Shown here piece by piece: positions 35,401-49,951 of a stretch of 64,000 bases of DNA. The DNA is from Macrostomum lignano (Eukaryota). The notes beneath the pieces are model-generated. The model was not told the origin of the DNA, did no database searches, and was given only the letters and a program-made list of their open reading frames with translations. The position numbers and the translations under genes are program-made. Location of the stretch: NCBI GenBank assembly GCA_002269645.1, contig NIVC01001856.1:165695-229694 (forward strand), read 5' to 3'. Within the stretch, counting starts at the first letter, position 1; each line of letters starts with the position of its first letter.

Positions 35401-37487
35401 ATTTGCTTTGCTTAAATCAGTTTAGCTTATATATTAAGCAAAGAACCATTTTGATTGACACAGCCATAACCAAACTGACTGATTGACTTCTATTAGCCGC
35501 AGTGACAGACAGGAAGGGTGCTGCAGGTCACAGCGGGTGACAGAGCGGGCAAAAAAGATCGGAAGCTAAAATAAGGTTATTTTTGCAGCACAGTTTTCTC
35601 CCAGCGGCTTCCGTGCACTTTCATCTCCCCAGAAATAGCGGGTCTTTTGCCGCTGCGACTCGTTCGCTACCCCCTCAGCCGCAGTGCAAATAAATTGTCA
35701 TCTGTCATCTCGTTTCTCATTTCTCATTTCCGATGCTTTGCTTTTTATTGAATTATTGAAATCCTTCCTTGAAGTGGAGTGCACGCAGCGGTGCACCACC
35801 CTTGTTATTCTTGGTGTTTTTGCCGACTGTCTGACTGTCCCGCTGCCTCTCCCTTCTCTCCCGCTGCCTCTCCCTTCTCTCCCGCTGCCTCTCCCTTCTC
35901 TCCCGCTGCCTCTTCCTTCTCTCCAGCTGCCTCTACCTTCTCTCCAGCTGCCTCTCCCTTCTCTCCCACTGCCTCTCCCTTCTCTCCCGCTGCCTCTCCC
36001 TTCCCTCCCTTCTCTCCCGCTGCCTCTCCCTTCTCTCCCTTCTCTCCCGCTGCCTCTCCCTTCTCTCCCTTCTCTCCCGCTGCCTCTCCCTTCTCTCCCG
36101 CTGCCTCTCCCTTCTCTCCCTTCTCTCCCGCTGCCTCTCCCTTCTGTCCCTTCTCTCCAGCTGCCTCTCCCTTCTCTCCCACTGCCTCTCCCTTCTCTCC
36201 CGCTGCCTCTCCCTTCTCTCCCTTCTCTCCCGCTGCCTCTCCCTTCTCTCCCTTCTCTCCCGCTGCCTCTCCCTTCTCTCCCTTCTCTCCCGCTGCCTCT
36301 CCCTTCTCTCCCGCTGCCTCTCCCTTCTCTCCAGCTGTCTCTCCCTTCTCTCCAGCTGCCTCTCCCTTCTCTCCCGCTGCCTCTCCCTTCTCTCCCTTCT
36401 CTCCCGCTGCCTCTCCCTTCTCTCCCTTCTCTCCCGCTGCCTCTCCCTTCTCTCCCTTCTCTCCCGCTGCCTCTCCCTTCTCTCCCTTCTCTCCCGCTGC
36501 CTCTCCCTTCTGTCCCTTCTCTCCAGCTGCCTCTCCCTTCTCTCCCACTGCCTCTCCCTTCTCTCCCGCTGCCTCTCCCTTCTCTCCCTTCTCTCCCGCT
36601 GCCTCTCCCTTCTCTCCCTTCTCTCCCGCTGCCTCTCCCTTCTCTCCCTTCTCTCCCGCTGCCTCTCCCTTCTCTCCCGCTGCCTCTCCCTTCTCTCCAG
36701 CTGTCTCTCCCTTCTCTCCAGCTGCCTCTCCCTTCTCTCCCGCTGCCTCTCCCTTCTCTCCCGCTGCCTCTCCCTTCTCTCCGGCTGCCTCTCCCTTCTC
36801 TCCCGCTGCCTCTCCCTTCTCTCCCGCTGTCTCTCCCTTCTCTCCCGCTGCCTCTCCCTTCTCTCCCGCTGTCTCTCCCTTCTCTCCCGCTGCCTCTCCC
36901 TTCTCTCCCGCTGCCTCTCCCTTCTCTCCCGCTGTCTCTCCCTTCTCTCCCGCTGCCTCTCCCTTCTCTCCCGCTGCCTCTCCCTTCTCTCCCGCTGCCT
37001 CTCCCTTCTCTCCCGCTGCCTCTCCCTTCTCTCCGGCTGCCTCTCCCTTCTCTCCCGCTGCCTCTTCCTTCTCTCCAGCTGCCTCTACCTTCTCTCCAGC
37101 TGCCTCTCCCTTCTCTCCCACTGCCTCTCCCTTCTCTCCCGCTGCCTCTCCCTTCCCTCCCTTCTCTCCCGCTGCCTCTCCCTTCTCTCCCTTCTCTCCC
37201 GCTGCCTCTCCCTTCTCTCCCGCTGCCTCTCCCTTCTCTCCAGCTGCCTCTCCCTTCTCTCTCGTCGCCTCTCTCATTTCCTATTGCCCTATTTCCCCCA
37301 CCTATTACATCTATCCATCTATCCCATGTCTCACCCGGCAGCATCCGCGTGTTGCCGCATGCAGGATCCGGGATCTCCGCAGCCCGTCGCCGACTCCTGT
37401 AGCCCCATCTGGCGAGTTTCGCTCACAAGCATGTTGATAAAGTTGGCTGCAGATTTAGCAGCCGCACTGTCAGTCAGTCCCTGCAGG
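26439..37487 (-). CDS. SCHIP1: Schwannomin-interacting protein 1 homolog (5' end not resolved)
   Basis: Phase-compatible exons 37487-37335, 34594-34222, 32499-32134, 30605-30495, 27710-27248 (acceptor uncertain) and 26734-26439. Motifs WRALEQRLAEL, ERERVLRAL, MELCFRND/MQLCFISD, RRRQAELQAEAQVALAQAEPMARMQLAVERH and [31 protein letters not shown] match the SCHIP1 C-terminal domain (human [74 protein letters not shown], from memory). Confidence 0.85.
26745..27228. repeat. 23-bp minisatellite filling the last SCHIP1 intron
   Basis: Unit GATGGGCTCAGTGTGGGATGGC(A/C). Confidence 0.95.
27917..28260 (+). mobile_element. tRNA-derived SINE, family A
   Basis: A box TAGCCCAGCGG and B box GGCTCGATTCC. The body is closely similar to 60447-60810 and (inverted) to 9420-9670. 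Confidence 0.8.
28656..29325 (+). mobile_element. 5'-truncated RTE-like LINE with an AT-rich (TTA/TTTA)n tail and a 13-bp TSD, antisense in a SCHIP1 intron
   Basis: FVYLGGLVPDVGDDLARRRGKAWAAFRSV..VETALLYNAETWTLT..RRLRLAGHV..IRDLALKRAI*, paralogous to 13680-15330. TSD TTTAATTTAGCAT at 28643-28655 and 29326-29338. Confidence 0.9.
30690..32070. repeat. 14/15-bp purine-rich minisatellite (intronic)
   Basis: Unit AGGGAGAG(G/A)TAGTG. Confidence 0.95.
32930..33478. repeat. 21-bp minisatellite (intronic)
   Basis: Unit CACATGAGAAGCCGTTATCTA. Confidence 0.95.
34615..35240. repeat. Adjacent roughly 21-bp and 22-bp minisatellites (intronic)
   Basis: GATGTCAGGG(C/G)TATTGGCA.. units to about 34770, then GGTACTAGGGAACCGGAACACA units at 34800-35240. 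Confidence 0.9.
35838..37262. repeat. 21-bp pyrimidine-rich minisatellite with a 9-bp subunit
   Basis: Unit CTGCCTCTCCCTTCTCTCCCG with inserted TTCTCTCCC. Confidence 0.95.
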
Positions 37488-38659
37488 CTGCAGTGAAAGA
37501 CGAAATTTATGCAAAATTTGTTGCAAGATTAAAGCAGAATATGTCTCTCCCGACTTGAACACAGTGAAGAATTCGCAAGCGCGGGTTTAAAGTGTCAGAA
37601 GATTTCAGTATTTGCAGTGCAGCAATTCTAAGAAAGCTTCAGATGCCTTGCAACAGATAAGCTTGGAGAGAGGCTGTGCAGTTTTGTCGGCTCTGCCATT
37701 TGCCACTGGACAGACTAAAGGAAAAAGCACTTGAATACTTAGGGCGAGGGATCTAGATAGAAAATTTCCCAACAGAATTGCCGATTGCTTATCCCCATTC
37801 TGCCCTCTCGGCCAGCTAATTGGATGAGGGGGAGGCTGACCCGAGCTGAGTGCTGGCCGAAAAAAGGGATAGATAAAATATGCGCGCACAATACTCATGG
37901 GAGGCGGCCTTGCGGTTGTCTGCTTTTAGATATGAGAGCATGAGAGCTATCGGAGATGGAGCTCAGAATCTGCACCAATCGGACTCATACACTGATAGTG
38001 ATAGCATTATTCAGTCAGACTCGGACTTGAGCGGAGTGGCTTCTTTATCAACTGGTCCTTGCTTCTTCTAGGAGCAATTTCTGTCTAGTCGGTGGCAGCC
38101 GGCCAGTCCAGACAGAACTGAATGAGATTCAGTCTGGGCCAGACGGGAGGCTGGAATTAAAGGACAAACTGGCGTGGGGAGCAGCCTACCCGGATGCAAT
38201 TTATATAGGAGAAGAGAAACTTTCCCCCTCAGTTTTATCCTATTTCGACTTTAACTTGAGTTGACTTGAGTTGAGTTGAGTGGCCTCTCAAACGTCTCCT
38301 TTCTGTCCCAGTTCGAGGAGGGTGAGAGAGAGAGAAAGCAAAACGAATAAACGTTCTCAGTCTCTTCCAACAGCTCCAGTGCTGTAGCAAATGAGTTTCC
38401 AATTCTTTCTACTGGTAAAGCTTGAGCCAAGATGGGTTCGGAGCCCTCTTCTTGCAGAAGCAGACGCAGGCCAGAAACGTAAAGCATATAATTTGGCGTT
38501 GCTGGGCAGGAAATACCAATCTCAAAGCCATCAGTATGGGGAGATTCTGGGGGATCAGGCAGGCGCGCCTGGCTTATCAACCAGGGATTTTTGTCCCCCC
38601 CCAACCTCTCACTGTCATGAATAATTTTGCACAGCAGTTGCAGATCCTGTTGGTCATGC

Positions 38660-39470
38660 CCTGGGTCTGCTCTGGGTCTGCTCTGGGTCTGCTCTGGGTC
38701 TGCTCTGGGTCTGCTCTGGGTCTGCTCTGAGTGTGCTTTGGGTCTGCTCTGAGTGTGCTCTGGGTCTGCTCTGAGTGTGCTTTGGGTCTGCTCTGAGTGT
38801 GCTCTGGGTCTGGTCTAGGTCTGCTCTGGGTCTGCTCTGGGTCTGCTCTGGGTCTGCTCTGGGTCTGCTCTGGGTCTGCTCTGGGTCTGCTCTGGGTCTG
38901 CTCTGAGTGTGCTTTGAGTCTGCTCTGGGTCTGCTCTGGGTCTGCTCTGAGTGTGCTTTGGGTCTGCTCTGGGTCTGCTCTAAGTCTGCTCTGGGTCTGC
39001 TCTGGGTCTGCTCTGGGTCTGCTCTGAGTGTGCTCTGGGTCTGCTCTGAGTGTGCTCTGGGTCTGGTCTGAGTGTGCTCTGGGTCTGGTCTAGGTCCGCT
39101 CTGGGTCTGGTCTGAGTGTGCTCTGGGTCTGGTCTAGGTCTGCTCTGGGTCTGCTCTGAGTGTGCTCTGGGTCTGCTCTGGGTCTGCTCTAAGTCTGCTC
39201 TGGGTCTGCTCTGGGTCTGGTCTGAGTGTGCTCTGGGTCTGGTCTAGGTCTGCTCTGGGTCTGGTCTGAGTGTGCTCTGGGTCTGGTCTAGGTCTGGTCT
39301 AAGTCTGCTCTGGGTCTGCTCTGGGTCTGCTTTGAGTGTGCTCTGGGTCTAGTCTGAGTGTGCTCTGGGTCTGGTCTAGGTCTGCTCTGGATCTTGTCTG
39401 AGTGTGCTCTGGGTCTGGTCTGAGTGTGCTCTGGGTCTGGTCTAGGTCTGCTCTGGGTCTGCTCTGGGTG
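38660..39470. repeat. 11-bp minisatellite
   Basis: Unit GGTCTGCTCTG and variants. Confidence 0.95.
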
Positions 39471-39764
39471 TGCTGGTTGTTCAGCTTGACCTCGAATCTG
39501 ACCAAAGGGGTGGGCTCCCGACTCGGAGCTGTGCAGTGCACCAAGCGAGAGAGGGAAGTGCGATCCTCTACCGCCTGGAGGCGAGGGCGAAGCCGGAAGT
39601 AGCTGCTGTTTTAATCGCTGCCGGGAGGGGCATTGTGAAGGAACTTTTGCTCTTGCACAAAATCTAAAGGGTGAACTTCCGGGGGGCATGAATTACTAAG
39701 TTGAGAGTGCTGGCTGGACTGATTATAATGCACCGGTTTTTATTGACAGCGATTGGTGTGACTG

Positions 39765-40210
39765 AAGGAAGAAGTAGCGGTGTCTGCTGAATGACTGAGA
39801 GAAGGGGTAGCGGTGTCTGCTGGGTGACTGGGAGAAGGGGTAGCGGTGTCTGCTGGGTGACTGGGAGAAGGAGTAGCGGTGTCTGCTGAGTGACTGGGAG
39901 AAGGAGTAGCGGTGTCTGCTGAGTGATTGGGAAAAGGGGTAGCAGTGTCTGCTGGGTGACTGGGAGAAGGGGTAGAGGTGTCTGCTGGGTGACTGGGAGA
40001 AGGGGTAGAGGTGTCTGCTGGGTGACTGGGAGAAGGGGTAGAGGTGTCTGCAGGGTGATTGGGAGAAGGGGTAGAGGTGTCTGCTGGGTGACTGGGAGAA
40101 GGAGTAGCAGTGTCGGCTGGGTGACTGGGAGAAGGGGTAGCGGTGTCTGCTGGGTGACTGAGAGAAGGGTTAGCGGTGTCCGCTGGGTGACTTTGAGAAA
40201 GGGTAGCAGT
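39765..40210. repeat. 33-bp minisatellite
   Basis: Unit GTGTCTGCTGGGTGACTGGGAGAAGGGGTAG(C/A)G. Confidence 0.9.
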
Positions 40211-41159
40211 GTTTATTATTTCTCAGGACTTGTAAACTTGCAAAGGTAGAGAAAGTTTTGGTGTGAAACATCTCCCTTGTGCTTGGACTCTCCCCGCCTA
40301 GTACGCAGCTTCCTAAACCTCATCAGCCGTGACCAGGATTGAATTAGGAGGCTTTCATCGGATAGAAAGAGCGCTACTTCAAACAACTGGGTGACAGAAA
40401 CAGCAGTGTAATTCAATTCCGTACTGAGCCAGCGAAGAAGCCCTTCCGAGGTAAGTTATAGTTGAGAAGAAAAAAGTTGGGTGGGGATGTCAAGGGACAG
40501 ACCCTGAGACGGCGCAGTTTTGAAACCCGGAACTGCTCTCAAAGTGTTGCTGAGTGTCGTGCACTACATTGTGCACTTTCATTGGATAGTTTCTCTCAAT
40601 CCGATGTCTTTGACTTCTCTTACCCTGCTTATCTCTACTACCCCCTCAAGCCGGTCGCTGATTGGCTGGCTGTTGAATGTACATTCGCCCAAGGACCATT
40701 GTATATAACAGGGCGTAAAACTTAAAGATCATGTAAATCTTTAGGAGGTCGATTTCCTGGAAAAAATACACTGAGTAGATAGGAATAATCCCTTTTTCAA
40801 TCACAAAATTAATGATTTTGTTTGATCTAGGCAGTGAAGTTACCGTATTTATATTTTAATATAGCTGCTGGAGTGAAGTTTCTTCTCATATTGTTTTCTT
40901 TTTGTTTCATAAGCCTCAAGTTGCAAATACTCACAAGTAGCATTAGCTGAACTTTTGTTTTGCTTCTTTCTTGGATCAAGTATATTTGAAATAAAATTGT
41001 TGCATGCATGTTCTCGTAAACCATTATTGTAGGTTTAGCAGCTATCATAATTCAGGACAGTAATCCTTGCATTTGCCACCTCAGTAGGTGCCTCTGCATG
41101 CTGTGCTGATTGGCCAGTTGGTTTGATTGCATCAATGTTGTCTGCGAGGAGAAAGGTGG

Positions 41160-42728
41160 ATGAGAAGAGAGGAGAGGAGAGGGGAGAGGAGAGGAGAGAG
41201 GAGAGGAGAGGAGAGAGGAGAAGAGAGGAGAGGTGAGAAGAGAGGAGAAAAGAGGAGAAGAGAGGAGAAAAGAGGAGAAGAGAGGAGAGGAGAGGAGAGG
41301 AGAGGAGAGGAGAGGAAAGGAGAGGAAAGGAGAAGAAAGGAGAGGAGAGGAGAGGAGAGGAGAGGAGAGGAGAGGAGAGGAGAGGAGAGGAAAGGAGAGG
41401 AAAGGAGAGGAGAGGAGAGGAGAGGAGAGGAGAGGAGAGGAGAGGAAAGGAGAGGAGAGGAGAGGAGAGGAGAAGAGAGGAGGAAAGAGGAGAAGAGAGG
41501 AAAGGAGATGAGAGGAGAGGAGAGGAGAGGAGAGGAGAGGAGAGGAGAGGAGAGGAGAGGAAAGGAGAGGAGAGGAGAGGAGAGGAGAGGAGAGGAGAGA
41601 GGAGAGGAGAGGAGAGGAGAGGAGAGGAGAGGAGAGGAGAGGAGAGGAGAGGAGAGGAGAGGAGAGGAGAGAAGAGGAAAGGAGAGGAAAGGAGAGGAGA
41701 GGAGAGGAGAGGAGAGGAGAGGAAAGGAGAGGAAAGGAGAGGAAAGGAGAGGAGAGGAGAGGAGAGGAGAGGAGACGAGAGGAGGAAAGAGGAGAAGAGA
41801 GGAAAGGAGAGGAGAGGAGAGGAGAGGAGAGGAGAGGAGAGGAGAGGAGAGGAAGGAGAGGAGAGGAGAGGAGAGGAGAGGAGAGGAGAGGAAAGGAGAG
41901 GAGAGGAGAGGAGAGGAGAGGAGAGGAGAGGAGAGGAGAGGAGAGGAGAGGAGAGGAAAGGAGAGGAAAGGAGAGGAAAGGAGAGGAAAGGAGAGGAGAG
42001 GAGAGGAGAGGAGAGGAGAGGAGAGGAAAGGAGAGGAGAGGAGAGGAAAGGAGAGGAGAGGAGAGGAGAGGAGAGGAGAGGAGAGGAAAGGAGAGGAGAG
42101 GAGAGGAGAGGAGAGGAGAGGAGAGGAGAGGAGAGGAGAGGAGAGGAGAGGAGAGGAGAGGAGAGGAGAGGAAAGGAGAGGAGAGGAGAGGAGAGGAGAG
42201 GAGAGGAGAGGAGAGGAGAGGAGAGGAGAGGAGAGGAGAGGAGAGGAGAGGAGAGGAGAGGAGAGGAGAGGAGAGGAGAGAAGAGGAAAGGAGAGGAAAG
42301 GAGAGGAGAGGAGAGGAGAGGAGAGAGGAAAGGAGAGGAAAGGAGAGGAAAGGAGAGGAGAGGAGAGGAGAGGAGAGGAGACGAGAGAGGAAAGAGGAGA
42401 AGAGAGGGAGAGGAGAGGAGAGGAGAGGAGAGGAGAGGAGAGGAGAGGAGAGGAGAGGGAGGAGAGGAGAGGAGAGGAGAGGAGAGGAGAGGAGAGGAGA
42501 GGAGAGGAGAGGAGAGGAGAGGAGAGGAGAGGAGAGGAGAGGAGAGGAGAGGAGAGGAGAGGAGAGGAGAGGAGAGGAGAGGAGAGGAGAGGAGAGGAGA
42601 GGAGAGGAGAGGAGAGGAGAGGAGAGGAGAGGAGAGGAGAGGAAAGGAGAGGAGAGGAGAGGAGAGGAGATGAGAGGAGAAAAGAGAAGAGAGGAGATAA
42701 AAGGAGAGGAAAGAAAGGGAGAGGAGAG
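41160..42728. repeat. (GAGAG)n pentanucleotide microsatellite
   Basis: About 1.5 kb of GAGGA/GGAAA units. Confidence 0.98.
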
Positions 42729-43369
42729 TACTGTGAAATCCTGACACGGATCAAATAAGCCATGCTCGCACAGCAACAGTTAGGGAGCAAACAAAAGCCT
42801 AAAGCTTACCTGTTAGACAGCACGCTAGCTGGTGAGTGCGTTCTAAGGAAGTTGGCGGAAAGCTTGGCACCAGGAAGAGCTAATATAAAATTAGCTAGAA
42901 CAGGGCTTTTGCCAGTAACGGTTTTGCTGATTCAGACAAACTCTCTGCGCAGTTATAATAGCGCCTTTTCCTGTGCAGAAGGCGGCGCTACTACATGTGG
43001 CTACAAATAAAATTTGCAGGAGCAAATCTGGGTCAAGCGAAGCCTGCGAGCCGAATAAGACCCCGGACTGCCCCGTGGAAAGAGGCGAGGCAGAGAAGAT
43101 CGAGAGTCAGCCAGTGGCGAACGGATGCGTGGGCAAGGGGGAGGATTGGAGAAGTCTTATTTGGGGAGTTTGGATGGTACGAGAGGGATGCCTGCTACAG
43201 GGGGGGGGGGGGGGGGGGGGGCTCCCCCACACAGAGCTAAATTTAGAAATTGGCGTCACAGAATTTTTTGGCTCGATTCCAATTGGCTTGAATGGCCTTG
43301 ATAGCAGAAATATTGAAGGCGGAGCTTTGGAAAGGATAACAGTAGGGTAGGGTAGAGGGTATGAAGGGT

Positions 43370-43670
43370 CAGAGAGGATAGCAGTGCCCGCAGAAGGATC
43401 AGAGAGGGTAGCGGTGCCCGCAGAAGGATCAGAGAGGGTAGCGGTGCCCACAGAAGGATCAGAGAGGGTAGTGATGTCCGCAGAAGGATCAGAGAGGGTA
43501 GCGGTGCCCACAGAAGGATCAGAGAGGGTAGTGATGTCCGCAAAAGGATCAGAGAGGGTAGCGGTGCCCACAGAAGGATCAGAGAGGGTAGTAATGTCCG
43601 CAGAAGGATCAGAGAGGGTAGCGGTGCCCACAGAAGGATCAGGGAGGGTAGCGGTGCCAGCAGAAAGATC
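43370..43670. repeat. 30-bp minisatellite (G24 homopolymer nearby at 43200-43223)
   Basis: Unit GCGGTGCCCACAGAAGGATCAGAGAGGGTA. Confidence 0.9.
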
Positions 43671-44727
43671 CCCCCAATAAATAGGCAGACCAATCAAACT
43701 AGTGGTTAGTCATGGTCTCGCTCTCCCAGATGAAACGGCAGAATTCCAGTCGACTATCGATTAGTCAGTCAATCAGTCAGTTGGTCCAGTTGGACAAGTC
43801 GCCTCGGCCATTAGCAAAAGTGCATACAGCAGAATATATACGCTCGTACGAATCCTATCATCCGAGACGATGATGGCTTAGAGAAAGAAAGTCTTCTTAA
43901 AGTGCACCCAGACTCTTTATACAGCCAGTCTGGAGAGCGGAAGGCTAAGGAAAGTTGAACAATCCTACGCAATAGATAACAGCAATTGGTTCTCATATTC
44001 CCAACTGCACTCTTAAGTACAGACTTAAGTACAGTAGAATTTGTAAAGTACATCTAGAACTTGTGAAATCTTACAAAAGAGATGAGTGTTTTTGCCCTGA
44101 GATAAAGAGAGGGGAGAGCGGTATTATCATGATGGCGTTGATGCAGTTTTATGGCCCATTGCCAAATATGGAAATGTATGTACAAAAGGAAGACCAACTC
44201 GATGATGCAGACTCATAAACGGCTGTCATTTCAATCTCACAGATTTCTCATAGCAATTTCCCAACCATGGACTGGGGCGCTACACTTGCAAGTCTGATTT
44301 GCTAATGCCAATTTGTCGGCATGTTCTCATGAATAAAGAATTATGATAATGAAACCTGACCAAAGCCAACTAAGCAACAGCTGGCAAGAGAAAAGGCAAC
44401 ACAGTAGAAATAATTCGTCAATATTGCTTCACAGGAGCAGCACAGAGCAGTGGCTTGCTAATCATATTTTTGTAGTATTATTTATTTTGTCAACAGGTTT
44501 CAATTGATAGCTAAACGAAGTTACAAAATATTGCGCCAACTTGGGGGCATGCTCCACTCGGGATCAGAACAGGATTATTGAGCATTCGAGTGTGCTCAAG
44601 CCACAGTTAGGGCTAATAGTACATTATTAAATTTGCATAGAGATTATACGAACAAATTAAATTATTTAGATTATTAGAATGTCGAAGGCCAGTATGATGG
44701 CACGGAAACTACTCGTATCGGGTGCAC

Positions 44728-44968
44728 AGTCAGATCCCAGTTCCGAGTCCCGCTAGCCAGCCAGATTCCAGTTCCGAGTCCCGCTAGCCAGTCAGATCCC
44801 AGTTCCGAGTCCCGCTAGCCAGTCAGATCCCAGTTCCGAGTCCCGCTAGCCAGTCAGATCCCAGTTCCGAGTCCCGCTAGCCAGTCAGATCCCAGTTCCG
44901 AGTCCCGCTAGCCAGTCAGATCCCAGTTCCGAGTCCCGCTAGCCAGTCAGATCCCAGTTCCGAGTCTC
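44728..44968. repeat. 31-bp minisatellite just downstream of the THOP1 stop
   Basis: Unit AGTCAGATCCCAGTTCCGAGTCCCGCTAGCC. Confidence 0.95.
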
Positions 44969-44988
44969 GCTACCTCGCCAGCCGCTTT

Positions 44989-48633
<3,645 letters not shown>

Positions 48634-48747
48634 GGTAACCACTAGCAGTTTTAGCTTAGGCTGGACGGAGACGGACAGTCGGCAGTAGCGAGCAGAGCGG
48701 AACGCTAGGCGAGAGGAGATTGAAGCGAGCTGCGGGGAGGGCGGAAG

Positions 48748-48762
48748 ATTGGGGGCGGGGCG
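48748..48762 (-). promoter_or_regulatory. CCAAT box and GC box about 115 bp upstream of the THOP1 ATG
   Basis: The plus strand ATTGGGGGCGGGGCG gives CCAAT on the minus strand abutting an Sp1-type GGGGCGGGG. Motif evidence only. Confidence 0.4.
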
Positions 48763-49059
48763 TTGTTAGGGAATTTCACCTAGCTCATAGATCATAGCGA
48801 AATCATAAATCATCGACTATTCTGTTCTATCTAGCCGTGTTGAAATGCTTTAGCACTACTGATTGATCAACTACATGCATAGACAGGCGGCGAAGCAGAC
48901 GCTGCTGTCTATGTACAAAATTGAGCGCAGCACTGGTTGACCAGCTTACTGAATAAGGATTTTTTTGTGGGAAGCTACGTTGTGGGAAAATATGTTAGTC
49001 AATGCTGATTATTGGTTTACCACGATTGACTGCGGAACTTAACCCTTACCATAGACCAA

Positions 49060-49250
49060 GACCTAAGCTAAACTCTAATCTAAACTCAAAACTGAACTAA
49101 ACCTAAAAAACTAACTTAAAATGCAACCCTAACCTAAAACTAACCTTAACCTAAACCTAACCTAAACCTAACCCTGACCTAAACCGAATCCTACCCTAAA
49201 CCTAACCCTAACCTAAAACCTGATCTTAACCTAAACTCTATCCTAAACCA
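49060..49250. repeat. Degenerate telomere-like (CCCTAA-related) interstitial repeat
   Basis: Runs such as ACCCTAAACCTAACCCTAACCTAAAACC. Confidence 0.6.
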
Positions 49251-49951
49251 TGGTTACGCTCATATGAAACCCTTAGGCAGCCAAATTGCTGGCAGTCAGT
49301 TGCCATGCACCCAATAAAACTATGAAGTACTAAACAGAGCAAGCAGTTTGTCGGAACCCCTGCTTTCAGTCCATTAGCTTTCAAAGCTGACATCTTAAAG
49401 GGGTTTTTCAAACAAAGCGTTTAACTTCATCAATAAACTGTGTATGTAAGCAGAGACAAAAATCAGAGAAGTTGATGTCATTGACAAATGGCTTTCTGGC
49501 TTTTAGCTAATATTTACTTTTTTATATTGACAATTCCAGCTGGCTAATGACCTGTTCTTTCCAATCCGTATAGTACTAATACTCTTCCGAATGCAGTGCT
49601 CATTTAACACCTTTTCCAAATAGATCTGAAAGCTTTGAAACCGGAAAATAAGAGAAAAACCAAAGCAACACAAGTTGTTAAATAAAGACTAAATTAAAGC
49701 CTGCCCTCTCAAGATATCGCGAAGCTGATAGGGCCAGTTTCGTGTGTTGGTATTGTATTTATAATTGATTGAAAATGCAAAATAGTTTTGAGTTCAGTAG
49801 CAATTAAAATGCGACAATGATAAGACTCGGTTTATAATAATCATACTAAATCAGGGGAAAGAGGAGAGACCATCACACACATGCAATCGGATAGAAATGC
49901 AGCACACCAATTCAGGTCACTTATACCGCAACTTGAGGGGGCCGAGGTAGA

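Noticed and set aside
35698-37437. Collagen-like or Pro/Ser-rich ORFs of 490-572 aa (GEKGEAA, LPLPS)
   Set aside because: They are translations of a 21-bp/9-bp minisatellite that is open in several frames on both strands, has no continuous Gly-X-Y, and lies inside a SCHIP1 intron.
38251-39689. Additional 5' SCHIP1 exons (ORFs 38251-38604 and 39288-39689)
   Set aside because: No recognisable motifs and no phase-consistent splice pair could be fixed, so they are left unannotated.
41035-42790. ORFs of 543-574 aa (SSPLL, EERRG)
   Set aside because: Pentanucleotide microsatellite lacking stop codons.
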